DNA of 64,000 nt from Flammeovirgaceae bacterium (lineage in GTDB: Bacteria; Bacteroidota; Bacteroidia; Cytophagales; Cyclobacteriaceae). Positions 16,108 to 24,820 of this stretch are shown piece after piece; position 1 is the stretch's first letter; each line of letters starts with the position of its first letter. Below the pieces are notes generated by a model. It saw nothing but the letters and a program-made list of their open reading frames with translations. It made no database searches and had not been told where the DNA came from. Made by a program: the position numbers and the translations under genes. Where the stretch lies: positions 36,940 to 100,939 of the forward strand of contig JAIYCV010000006.1 of the NCBI GenBank assembly GCA_027487845.1, read 5' to 3'.

Positions 16108-18414
16108 ATGACCCCCACACAACACATTCGTTACACCTTACTATCACTTTGGTTTTATGTTCCCAGCGTGATCACCATTTTGATTGGGTATTTTCTTCTC
16201 ACTAAACTTACGCAAGGTCAAGATGTGGTCATGCTGGTGGGGGAATGCAAGCTACCCGTACTTTTTACATCTGTTGGTGTGTTGCTATGGGCATTCTTCG
16301 TGTGGTATTGCAATCGGCTGATCGGCTATGAAAAGAATTTCAATGATCCCAAGTGGCCTGTTGATTATCTTTCATTGTTTCCACGCTTACTTGCTTACAA
16401 CACCTTTGTTACTGTGCAGGCAGCAATTGTGGCCTTGCCTTCGATAGGTTGCGACAATGCTTACTTTTTATGGGCATTTGTGATTCTGCACAACGGATAC
16501 TATTTCTTCTTAAACTTTGCATTCAAGGGCACTTCTATAACTAAAACAAAAATTGTTACTCTTCTGATCGCCATTGCGTACATGGCCTACCTTATTTCTC
16601 TTTGCTATATCCACAAAAATGGAGTTTTACATCAGAAACAATTGCCATTGGTGGCACTTTTATTATTTGCTCTGCAAATTTCAGTACTCTACTTTTTTAT
16701 AACGCGCAGAGCCAAACTCGACCATAAGGCACAAAAGTTAAAATATAAGCCAAACGCCATCGGTTATGTGAGGTTACTTTCTTGTAAAATTATAAAAGTA
16801 CCGAGGTGGTTCAGGGCAAATGAGCAGTTCACCTTCCTGATTTTTAATGTTATGGCAATCATAGCCATTGCTTTGTATTTCGTCATAACCAATAGCATTT
16901 GGGTGGCCAATGGGCTAGGGCCTCTACCAGTAGTCTTGTTGGCTTTTGGCATACTGACCGGGTTGGCCACTATTATTACCTATTTCTCGATGCGTGTAAA
17001 ATTCAATCTCTTTTTTGTGCTATACGTAGTCGCACTTCTTGCAGGGAATTTCTTTGAACCCTACTCAGTAAAACTTACTAAATCAAAAATACCCGAGTAT
17101 CAAAATCGTCCAGATTTAAAAATGTATTTAAAAAAATGGGTGGAAGATAAAAGCAGGAAAGCAAAAATTCAAAAACTTAATTCACCAAAATCATACCCAG
17201 TGTATTTAGTTTTAGCCGATGGTGGTGCTTCGCGTTCAGGTTACTGGGCTGCCAGCGTATTGGCCGCTTGGCAAAAAGAATCGCTTGCTGATTCAGCAAC
17301 AACAGGTACGCTGAACGATCACTTGCTGGTACTTTCAGGTGCCTCGGGTGGCAGTGTAGGCAATGCTGCTTTTTACGGACTTCTTAAATCAAATGAAAAT
17401 GATCCAAAAATTCTTGATCACGCGCGGGATTTCTTAGGCCAAGATTTTCTTACCTACACGATTGCGCATTATTTAGGTTCTGATTTAGCTGGCCATTTTA
17501 TTCCTGGCCTACGCGACCGTGCTACCGCTCTTAGTAACAATATGGATTATTGGTCAGCAGACACCAAAAATTTATTTCATAAAGATTTGAATGAAGTGTT
17601 TGACACGACAGGTCGGCTGCCCATTCTTTTCATCAACACCACGCGGTTAGAAGAAGGCACCCCAGCCGTGGTGAGTTCAATAAAATTAAAAGGCTCTGGC
17701 GAATTAAAAGGCTTTAGCGAACGGCTGGATGTATTGGGCTTGGTGGACTCTACGGCAGAAAGTGGAAAGGGCAACATCCAGCTAAGCACCGCGGCTGTGT
17801 TGGGTGCGCGTTTTCCCTATGTTTCGCCTGCAGGAAGCATTTCTTATAAAGTAACGAAAAAAGTGAAAGGTGAAAAAAAGACGGAAGAACGTCACCACTA
17901 CTTTGTGGATGGAGGATATTTTGATAACAGTGGCGCAGGAATAGTACACGAGATGATGCAGGAAATAGAAATCATTAGTAATACGGCTACCGATTCATGC
18001 TATAAAAAATTATTGAAAAAACTCTCCTTTCGCTTAATACACATTACAAACAGTCCCTATGGCGAAACTACCTTAAACCCAATCCATCCGCTCACTAACG
18101 ATTTGGCCGCGCCCTTGCTCACCGTGTTCAATACTTACGGCTCACAGACTACTGTAAATGACCAACGGTTGGAATCTTTTCTATATCGGATGAACCCACA
18201 CGACAACACTATCACAAATGTTAATCTATACCGAAAGGAGCGAAGGGACGAAAGCTATCCCATGAATTGGGTGATCAGCAAATACCGAAAGGACTTAATG
18301 GATGCGCGGGTGTCAGAGGTATTGAAATATGACTTGGGGAAATTTTTAATTAAAAAAAAAGCAATAAGACCAAGCCGAAAATCATTTAACCGAGTAAGCA
18401 CACAAATAAATTAA
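16108..18414 (+). CDS. Membrane-anchored patatin-like phospholipase
   Basis: About 8 N-terminal TMs, ADGGASRSG (oxyanion hole), SGASGGS (G-x-S-x-G nucleophile) and VDGGYFDNSG (DGG). Confidence 0.88.
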   Translation: MTPTQHIRYTLLSLWFYVPSVITILIGYFLLTKLTQGQDVVMLVGECKLPVLFTSVGVLLWAFFVWYCNRLIGYEKNFNDPKWPVDYLSLFPRLLAYNTFVTVQAAIVALPSIGCDNAYFLWAFVILHNGYYFFLNFAFKGTSITKTKIVTLLIAIAYMAYLISLCYIHKNGVLHQKQLPLVALLLFALQISVLYFFITRRAKLDHKAQKLKYKPNAIGYVRLLSCKIIKVPRWFRANEQFTFLIFNVMAIIAIALYFVITNSIWVANGLGPLPVVLLAFGILTGLATIITYFSMRVKFNLFFVLYVVALLAGNFFEPYSVKLTKSKIPEYQNRPDLKMYLKKWVEDKSRKAKIQKLNSPKSYPVYLVLADGGASRSGYWAASVLAAWQKESLADSATTGTLNDHLLVLSGASGGSVGNAAFYGLLKSNENDPKILDHARDFLGQDFLTYTIAHYLGSDLAGHFIPGLRDRATALSNNMDYWSADTKNLFHKDLNEVFDTTGRLPILFINTTRLEEGTPAVVSSIKLKGSGELKGFSERLDVLGLVDSTAESGKGNIQLSTAAVLGARFPYVSPAGSISYKVTKKVKGEKKTEERHHYFVDGGYFDNSGAGIVHEMMQEIEIISNTATDSCYKKLLKKLSFRLIHITNSPYGETTLNPIHPLTNDLAAPLLTVFNTYGSQTTVNDQRLESFLYRMNPHDNTITNVNLYRKERRDESYPMNWVISKYRKDLMDARVSEVLKYDLGKFLIKKKAIRPSRKSFNRVSTQIN

Positions 18415-18427
18415 TAAACCCAAAAAA

Positions 18428-18541
18428 ATGAGCTATCAAAACATCTCCTACAACTTGGTGCAAGCTGCGATCGATGCCGTGAAGGCCGCGCTTGGTACCA
18501 TATCAAGCCTTGCTTCTCGTCTTCATGAATCAACAGAATAA
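18428..18541 (+). pseudogene. Truncated remnant of a Bacteroidota hypothetical gene (MSYQNIS... family)
   Basis: MSYQNISYNLVQAAIDAVKAALGTI resembles N-termini of the form MPYQNIxAxLxxADIxAVKAAIxTI that I recall. The frame is lost after about 25 codons. Confidence 0.35.
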
Positions 18542-18754
18542 AAACAAACAACAATTAACCAATAACTGCCTGACACTTCAAAGTTTTCTGCCTCGTTTGC
18601 TTTTTTTATACCCATGGGAAAACATTGACAACCTCATCAAGAGTGATTTATCCCAGTGAGATTACTATTAAGACAGGAATGAAATAGCGATCATGTGATC
18701 TGATAAATTTTTTAATGATAAATCTATAAAAGCAAACTAAAAAACTCAATTATT

Positions 18755-19330
18755 ATGTACTACATAACTCTCGCCTTAGGAATATTTCTTGTTTTGTCTG
18801 GAATCATCGCATTGAAATTTGGTTGGCCATCTGTTAATGATATTCAACGGTTTGAAGGCTTGGGTATCAGATTGGAAATTTCGGTAGCTACCTTATTAAT
18901 TCTGTTAGGCTCGATTTGTATCCTCTCAAACTTAATCATTAACATATTCAATCAACAAAATAAAGATCAAGAAATCAGTAGAAAAAAAACAGAATATGAA
19001 ACAAAAAAAGATGAATACGAGATATTAATCTCTAATCTCAAGAATCAAAAGGTAACAGTTTTCATTGAACTTCCTATTGCCGATCAACCCTTGTATTATA
19101 ATTTTGATCTCAAAAAGCTCAATTTAACCTATGTGAAAGACTTAGATCCCAAACAGTTGCGAGCGGACACAATAAAGGGTTATGATGGCACCCAACTTTC
19201 ATTTGAGGTACAGGGGGTCAACCCTTATTCAACGATTAGAGACGTAATTTTATTTGATCCGATTAGCAATAAAAAATGGAGAAGCAATGAAGAGGTTCGG
19301 TTATTGATACCTAAAGTTAAGTTAAAATGA
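18755..19330 (+). CDS. Hypothetical membrane protein (2 N-terminal TMs, coiled-coil, soluble C-terminal domain)
   Basis: ORF track. AT-rich, and overlaps the next gene by ATGA. Confidence 0.7.
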   Translation: MYYITLALGIFLVLSGIIALKFGWPSVNDIQRFEGLGIRLEISVATLLILLGSICILSNLIINIFNQQNKDQEISRKKTEYETKKDEYEILISNLKNQKVTVFIELPIADQPLYYNFDLKKLNLTYVKDLDPKQLRADTIKGYDGTQLSFEVQGVNPYSTIRDVILFDPISNKKWRSNEEVRLLIPKVKLK

Positions 19331-19998
19331 AACCAAGATTTGTTATAACCCTAATCCTCTTACTTCTTTTTCTTATGGGGGAAGCGTTTTGCCAAGATAT
19401 CCAAACAGTGAACACGTCATCTGAATCTCGAAATGGTCGTTACAATTGGGAAGTTCATTTGCTGGCTAACCAAGAAACATTAAATTCAATTAAGTATGTT
19501 GAATATAAGCTTCATCCTACATTTGAAGTTCCTATTGTAAAAGTCTCTGATAAGGCGAGTAATTTTGAGCTTAAATCGAGCGGATGGGGTGAATTTAAAA
19601 TAGTTTTGAAAGTTGTTTTCAATGATGGCTCAGTCAAAGAATTAAATCATCAGCTTTCACTTGGTCAAGAAGGTCCGAATCTTCAAAACGGTAAACCTTC
19701 ATTAGAGGCAGATAAAATCATAATCAGAAACTTGTCTCAGCGAGTTGGAAGTAAATGGTGGAGTTGGACAGTTTACTTGTCTGGAAATGAAACTAAAATA
19801 AACTCGATTCGTTGTGTACGGTATATCCTACACCCTACTTTTTCAAAACCTATTCGGGAAATTTGTACAAAAGGAAATATTCATGATCAATATTTCCCTT
19901 TCAGCACTAGTGGCTGGGGTACTTTTAGAATCAAAATAAAAATCTTTTTTAAAAACGGAGAGACTCAAGATCTTTATCATGATTTGGTTTTTAATTGA
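19327..19998 (+). CDS. Secreted protein with two tandem prokaryotic YEATS-like domains
   Basis: Signal peptide; two repeats, W.VHL...VEYKLHPTF...SSGWGEF and W.VYL...VRYILHPTF...TSGWGTF. HPTF and GWGEF are YEATS signature motifs. Confidence 0.85.
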   Translation: MKPRFVITLILLLLFLMGEAFCQDIQTVNTSSESRNGRYNWEVHLLANQETLNSIKYVEYKLHPTFEVPIVKVSDKASNFELKSSGWGEFKIVLKVVFNDGSVKELNHQLSLGQEGPNLQNGKPSLEADKIIIRNLSQRVGSKWWSWTVYLSGNETKINSIRCVRYILHPTFSKPIREICTKGNIHDQYFPFSTSGWGTFRIKIKIFFKNGETQDLYHDLVFN

Positions 19999-20010
19999 TT
20001 ACTAAGCCTT

Positions 20011-20811
20011 TTTGCCCGTGGTCGGTGTTGTCAGGCTGACCGAGAAGTAAAAAGGAAAGTTATTTTTATAGATATTTGAGTATGCAGAGCAAATTTTGCC
20101 TGTGGTCGGTGTTGTCACCGACCACCAATACTCTCGCCTAAACTGGTAACTTAGCTTTGTAAATGACCAACGGCATCAAATTCTTTACTGCTACTTGCCT
20201 GCACTGGCAAATGCTGCTTCAACCTGATGAGCGCAAGCAGATATTGATAGATAGCCTGAAGTTTATGGCGAGCGATAAGCGCGTGTGGGTCCATGGGTTT
20301 GTAATCATGCCAAATCATATTCACCTGATGTGGTGCAAACAAGATGCATGGGTGGATAAGAGCACGGAACAAATGTTTCTTAAGTTCACCGCACAGCAGA
20401 TAAAGTTTAAGATAGTAGACTCAAACCCTGAAGAGTTAGAGAATTATAAAAGCACCCAGCGCGATAGGATGTATCACTTTTGGGAGCGCAGGCCTTACAA
20501 TGCCACCATGTATAACAGAAAAGTGGCAGCTCAAAAAATTGATTACATGCATTATAACCCTGTCAAGGCTGGCCTTTGTGAGAAGCCAGAAGACTACTGG
20601 TTTTCCTCGGCAAGGTTCTACGAGCAAAACAAAGATGACTGGGGTTTTCTAACTCACTACGCGGAGCATTTGTAAAATAGGGTGGTCGGTGACAACACCG
20701 ACCACGGGCAAAATAGGAGAGAAATAAATCGTTGTTGGAGAAGAACTCCAACAACGGCTTAGCATTTGTAAAATAGAGTGGTCGGTGACAACACCGACCA
20801 CGGGCAAATAG
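20011..20811. mobile_element. REPtron: RAYT transposase gene flanked by inverted REP palindromes
   Basis: The REP hairpin GTGGTCGGTG-ACAA-CACCGACCAC occurs at 20102-20125 (reverse), 20682-20705 and 20778-20801, with a degenerate copy at 20011-20042. A second palindrome, CGTTGTTGGAG-AAGAA-CTCCAACAACG, is at 20730-20756. Confidence 0.85.
20163..20675 (+). CDS. REP-associated tyrosine transposase (RAYT, IS200/Y1 HUH family)
   Basis: GFVIMPNHIHL (HUH), FWER, and KIDYMHYNPVKAGL...EDY.FSSA (catalytic Tyr region). A TAGCTTTG promoter element lies at 20152-20159. Confidence 0.9.
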   Translation: MTNGIKFFTATCLHWQMLLQPDERKQILIDSLKFMASDKRVWVHGFVIMPNHIHLMWCKQDAWVDKSTEQMFLKFTAQQIKFKIVDSNPEELENYKSTQRDRMYHFWERRPYNATMYNRKVAAQKIDYMHYNPVKAGLCEKPEDYWFSSARFYEQNKDDWGFLTHYAEHL

Positions 20812-20831
20812 AATCATTTAATAGCCAGTTT

Positions 20832-22061
20832 ATGAAGCACGCTGTATTTAGTCTGTCTATTTCTTTGTTCCTTTTTTTCTCTTCTGCGGGTTTTTCGCAA
20901 TCGACAAAGAGCTATGCTTTTGTCAATGCAAGTCTTTTCAACGGCAAAGAAAATAAAATTTATAGCGGTTCAGTCATTTTTACCAAAGGAGGAAAAATTG
21001 AACGGGTGGGGAAGAGTGGAGAACCAACAGGCGGCTATGAAGTGATTGATTGCGAAGGTTATTTTCTCATGCCCGGTTTAATTGATGCCCACTCACACTT
21101 AGATAATCTGGCTGCTGCAAAACGGGCTTTAGAAACTGGCGTAACCACCGTACGCACTGCGGGCGTCTCTGCCTTTCAAGATGTTGCACTTATGGAACTA
21201 AGCAGAACGGGAAAAATTGCGGGACCTGATGTAGTGCCCGCGGGGGTGTATGTTTCGCCCCAGCTTGAAGAAACAGTTTTAGCAGATACACGGCTTGGCG
21301 TTCTTCTCAATGGAGTTCGTACTGATGACGAGCTGAAGTTGCTTGTAAATGTAAATATTGATAGAGGCGCGAAGGTGATAAAAACACGAGGTACCGAGCG
21401 AGCTGGCCGTGCTGACACAGATCCACGCGAGCAAGTGTACACAGAGCACCAGATTAGTGTGATCGTACAAGAGGCCAGAAAACGAAATGTGCCCGTGATG
21501 ATTCATGCCCATGGCGATGAGGGTGCACGCGCAGCGGTGTTGGCAGGAGCTAAGAGTATTGAGCATGGCACTTTCCTGTCTGATGAAACCTTAAGGCTTA
21601 TGAAAGAACGTGGTACTTTTTTAGTCCCTACTTTTATCACGCTGGAAGATCTTACCCAACCCGGTGGCGACTATACAGGCCCGGTATTAGAATTGCGAGG
21701 GAAATTTATGATGCCTCAAGCCGAAAAAGTTTTTAAAAAGGCTTTAGCGTTGGGAGTCAAAATTGCTACGGGGGCCGATAACAGCTACACTGCTACTACT
21801 ACCAGTCGCATTTCGTTAGAGTGTACCCATTTTGTGCGCATGGGAATGTCTCCCTTTGAAGCTATTCAAGCCGCAACAATGACCAGTGCCGAGCTGCTTG
21901 GCGTAGAGAAAAACACTGGAAAAATTGAAAAAGACTTTGAGGCAGATATGATTTTGGTTCCCGGCAATCCATTAGAAGAAATTCGCTTTCTTCAAGATGC
22001 ACTAATGGTGATCAGCAACGGAAACATAGCGCTGAAAAGAATTCCCTTTGGAAAAAAATAA
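20832..22061 (+). CDS. Exported amidohydrolase family protein (metal-dependent, prolidase-like)
   Basis: MPGLIDAHSH, HAHG, IEHG, GAD and GKIEKDFEAD motifs. The signal peptide starts at ATG 20832; the track's GTG at 20778 lies inside a REP. Confidence 0.9.
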   Translation: MKHAVFSLSISLFLFFSSAGFSQSTKSYAFVNASLFNGKENKIYSGSVIFTKGGKIERVGKSGEPTGGYEVIDCEGYFLMPGLIDAHSHLDNLAAAKRALETGVTTVRTAGVSAFQDVALMELSRTGKIAGPDVVPAGVYVSPQLEETVLADTRLGVLLNGVRTDDELKLLVNVNIDRGAKVIKTRGTERAGRADTDPREQVYTEHQISVIVQEARKRNVPVMIHAHGDEGARAAVLAGAKSIEHGTFLSDETLRLMKERGTFLVPTFITLEDLTQPGGDYTGPVLELRGKFMMPQAEKVFKKALALGVKIATGADNSYTATTTSRISLECTHFVRMGMSPFEAIQAATMTSAELLGVEKNTGKIEKDFEADMILVPGNPLEEIRFLQDALMVISNGNIALKRIPFGKK

Positions 22062-22118
22062 CTAACTATTGCCTTGGTTTTTTCAACTGACACCAAACTG
22101 CTACAATTCACTACTAAC

Positions 22119-22201
22119 CCAGCTGTTCGACAAGTTAACGAAGTGATTGTCGAACCCAGCTGTTCCAGCTGTTCGCCAAGTTAACGGAGTGATTATCGAA
22201 C
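22119..22201. repeat. Two 37-bp palindromic REP-like units (3 mismatches, 46-bp period)
   Basis: CCAGCTGTTCGACAAGTTAACGAAGTGATTGTCGAAC (22119-22155) and CCAGCTGTTCGCCAAGTTAACGGAGTGATTATCGAAC (22165-22201). The arms are GTTCGACAA/TTGTCGAAC. Confidence 0.75.
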
Positions 22202-22254
22202 TAGAGATAAAGAGTGATTTTAATCCCTATGCCTTCTGAGTTTCGAAAACTTGG

Positions 22255-22262
22255 TATCTTTG
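22255..22262 (+). promoter_or_regulatory. Bacteroidota -7 promoter element (TAnnTTTG)
   Basis: TATCTTTG lies 4 nt upstream of the ATG at 22267. Confidence 0.55.
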
Positions 22263-22266
22263 CTTT

Positions 22267-23151
22267 ATGTTCTACCGGAGAAAGATAATCCTAGCCCTAT
22301 TGCAGGAGTTTGATAATCAACTTGAGAAGATTGCATTGCAAAAGCTACTCTTTCTTTTTACCGTTCGGCAACAAAAACCTGAATATGATTTTGTTCCTTA
22401 TTTATATGGATGTTATTCTTTTTCTGCCATTGCCGACTTGGCGGCAATGGTTAGAAACGAAAACATAGCAGAGGCAAAGAACCATTATGCTGCATTGGAA
22501 AAGCCAACCTATAGATCTTCACTTACCATTCAGGATCAGAAGATTTTAAAAGAGATAAAGCAGGCCTACGGAAAGTTAAGTGCAAATGCGCTGATGAAAT
22601 TAACCTACGTCAATTATTCATACTATGCAATCAATAGCGTAAAAGCAAAGGGCATACTAACTGATGAGCAATATAATAAAGTTTTGGCCAGCCGAACTGT
22701 AACCGATGCAACACAACTTTTTACCATTGGTTATGAAGGTATTTCACTGGAAGCGTATTTTAATAAATTAATAAAAAATGATGTTAAGGTTTTAGTGGAT
22801 GTGAGAAGCAATCCCCTAAGCATGAAGTTCGGTTTTTCTAAAACGCTATTGAGAAAATTCTGTGAAAATTTAAACATACAGTACCTGCATATCCCTGAAG
22901 TAGGTATTAAATCTGAACAACGGCAACAGCTGAATTCTCAGGTAGATTATGATCAGCTATTTGGTGTTTATAGAGAAAAGAATTTAACTGAAACAGTTAC
23001 GCAGCAGCAGCAAATATTAGATCTGCTCAAGGAAAAGAAAAGAATAGCGCTTACTTGTTTTGAAGCCAACATTTGCCAATGCCATCGGAAACACCTGGCG
23101 GAAGCAATCACCGGTTTGCCAGGATGGAAGTATGAACTTAAACATATTTAA
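22267..23151 (+). CDS. DUF488 family protein with an extra N-terminal (Panacea/DarG-C-like wHTH) domain
   Basis: C-terminal LFTIGYEG...LVDVRSNPLS...YLHIPEVG...CFEANICQCHR matches DUF488. The N-terminal part is LQKLLFL...YDFVPYLYGCYS. Confidence 0.8.
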   Translation: MFYRRKIILALLQEFDNQLEKIALQKLLFLFTVRQQKPEYDFVPYLYGCYSFSAIADLAAMVRNENIAEAKNHYAALEKPTYRSSLTIQDQKILKEIKQAYGKLSANALMKLTYVNYSYYAINSVKAKGILTDEQYNKVLASRTVTDATQLFTIGYEGISLEAYFNKLIKNDVKVLVDVRSNPLSMKFGFSKTLLRKFCENLNIQYLHIPEVGIKSEQRQQLNSQVDYDQLFGVYREKNLTETVTQQQQILDLLKEKKRIALTCFEANICQCHRKHLAEAITGLPGWKYELKHI

Positions 23152-23969
23152 TGGCGGTAACAAAAGTTCTTATCACGGTTAAAACCTATCCGGCCATTTC
23201 AACAAAGTATGATGAACTGGTTTGCACAGCTGGTTTTAGAGAAGACGGAACTATGATAAGAATTTACCCCGTTCAATTCCGTAAAAAATCATTTGGCGAG
23301 CAATATGCGAAATATCAATGGGTAGAGATTGATCTGGTTAAGAACACATCCGATTTTCGCCCTGAAAGTTTTCGGCCACATAGTCATGATACAGAAATAA
23401 AAATCATTGGTGAAATAAAACCAGATGGCGAAGCTTGGCATGAAAGAAGAAAAATTGTACTCAAAAAAGTGTACAATAACCTTACCGAATTAATTGCGGA
23501 GGCAAAAGACAAAGATGTCTGTACCTCATTGGCCGTTTTTAAACCTACAAAAATTATTGACTTTATTATTGAAGAGGAAAAAGAAAAAGAATGGGATCAA
23601 AAGAAAATTGAACACCTTAAACAGATGAACATTTTTGAATCGGCTACAACAGCTAAGCAAGAAGTTGTAAAAAAACTTCCCTACAAATTTTCCTACACAT
23701 TTGTAGATAATGAAGGGCGTGAAGCTACCCTAATGAATGAAGATTGGGAGATTGGCGAGTTGTATTGGAATTGTTTAAGAAGACATGAGGGCAATCAAGC
23801 GAAGGCATGTGCTGATGTGAGAAAAAAATATATGGACGATTTTGCGTTAACAAAAGATCTGTATTTTTATTTAGGCACTGGTCAGCGTTTTCATTTTGTT
23901 GGTCCCAATCCCTTTATGATTATCGGCACATTTCATCCTAAACATATCAGCCAGACGAAACTGTTTTGA
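23151..23969 (+). CDS. Conserved hypothetical protein translationally coupled to the DUF488 gene
   Basis: TAATG overlap at 23149-23153. Motifs are TVKTYP...ELVCTAG...IRIYPVQFR and EDWEIG. Confidence 0.8.
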   Translation: MAVTKVLITVKTYPAISTKYDELVCTAGFREDGTMIRIYPVQFRKKSFGEQYAKYQWVEIDLVKNTSDFRPESFRPHSHDTEIKIIGEIKPDGEAWHERRKIVLKKVYNNLTELIAEAKDKDVCTSLAVFKPTKIIDFIIEEEKEKEWDQKKIEHLKQMNIFESATTAKQEVVKKLPYKFSYTFVDNEGREATLMNEDWEIGELYWNCLRRHEGNQAKACADVRKKYMDDFALTKDLYFYLGTGQRFHFVGPNPFMIIGTFHPKHISQTKLF

Positions 23970-24011
23970 TTGCCCCCCCTTAAAGTAACTAGTGAGATCT
24001 AAATTCTTGAA

Positions 24012-24329
24012 GTGAACTTACTTTTTGTTTGCAGCCGCAACCGATGGAGAAGCTTAACCGCGGAGACCATTTTTAAAGATGACCAGCAGCATGTCGTCAG
24101 GTCGGCAGGCACAGCAGAAGATGCCCGCATAAAAGTAACAGAGAAGGTAATAACATGGGCAGAGCTAATTTTTGTGATGGAGAAAAAGCATAAGCAAAAA
24201 CTAGAGCAAAAGTTTCCATCTGCGCTGGAAGGTAAAAAGGTAGTAGTGCTGGATATTGAAGACAATTACAAGTACATGGATGAAGAACTGGTGGAGATGT
24301 TAAGTGTTGGGGTTGCGCCTTATTTATAA
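24012..24329 (+). CDS. Small low-molecular-weight protein tyrosine phosphatase-like protein
   Basis: LFVCSRNRWRSLTAE (CX5R P-loop), RSAGT, WAELIFVME and LDIEDNYKYM. Confidence 0.85.
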   Translation: MNLLFVCSRNRWRSLTAETIFKDDQQHVVRSAGTAEDARIKVTEKVITWAELIFVMEKKHKQKLEQKFPSALEGKKVVVLDIEDNYKYMDEELVEMLSVGVAPYL

Positions 24330-24741
24330 ATCAAGGGAGTCAATTACCGCTTGCGATTAAATTCCCTGTTATCCTGTTAGGTTATATCTGTTAGGGATCA
24401 ACAAACCTTAGAGTGGATAAAAAATTATTTTATCCCCAAGCTCGATCATCTGGTGTTTCTGGAAACAGATTCACACCCTTCGCTCTTTTTAGATAGTCAA
24501 ACCAGTGAAGTCGGCAGCACTTGGCCTGCTGCGCTAGGCAACGCACTGGGTGCATCCAAGTAATAATCTCAGGACAGAGTTAAAATTGAAAAAGAATGCT
24601 CCAGTTAAAAAGCCGAAAAAGAATCCACCGCCTCCGCCTAAACCGCCTACTAAGAGGAAAAAGAAATAGTTAGCTTCACAAGTGCATTAGAAAGCACAAA
24701 CGTTAAAGGGAAGAGAGTCATTTTAATGTTTCATATTAACT

Positions 24742-24820
24742 AGTGCTTTATAATGCACTTATTAATATAAATTCGCACTATTTAAATATATTTGAGTATA
24801 AAAGAGCATTTTAATGCACT
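24742..24820. promoter_or_regulatory. Two 18-bp operator-like palindromes and a -7 element upstream of the hip operon
   Basis: AGTGCTTTATAATGCACT (24742-24759) and AGAGCATTTTAATGCACT (24803-24820) flank TATATTTG (24787-24794). Confidence 0.65.

Noticed and set aside
20665-20811. Direct repeat with spacer read as CRISPR
   Set aside because: It is explained as REP/BIME units next to a RAYT, and the intervening sequence is itself a palindrome.
20778-20831. GTG start of the amidohydrolase given by the ORF track
   Set aside because: It lies within a REP; the signal peptide begins at ATG 20832.
22119-22201. Mini-CRISPR interpretation of two 37-bp repeats
   Set aside because: There are only two units, separated by 9 bp that are themselves a partial repeat. 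No spacer or leader is present.
24550-24670. Short Lys/Pro-rich ORF (KNAPVKKPKKNPPPPPKPPTKRKKK)
   Set aside because: There is no convincing start or homology. It may be a gene-tail remnant but cannot be supported.
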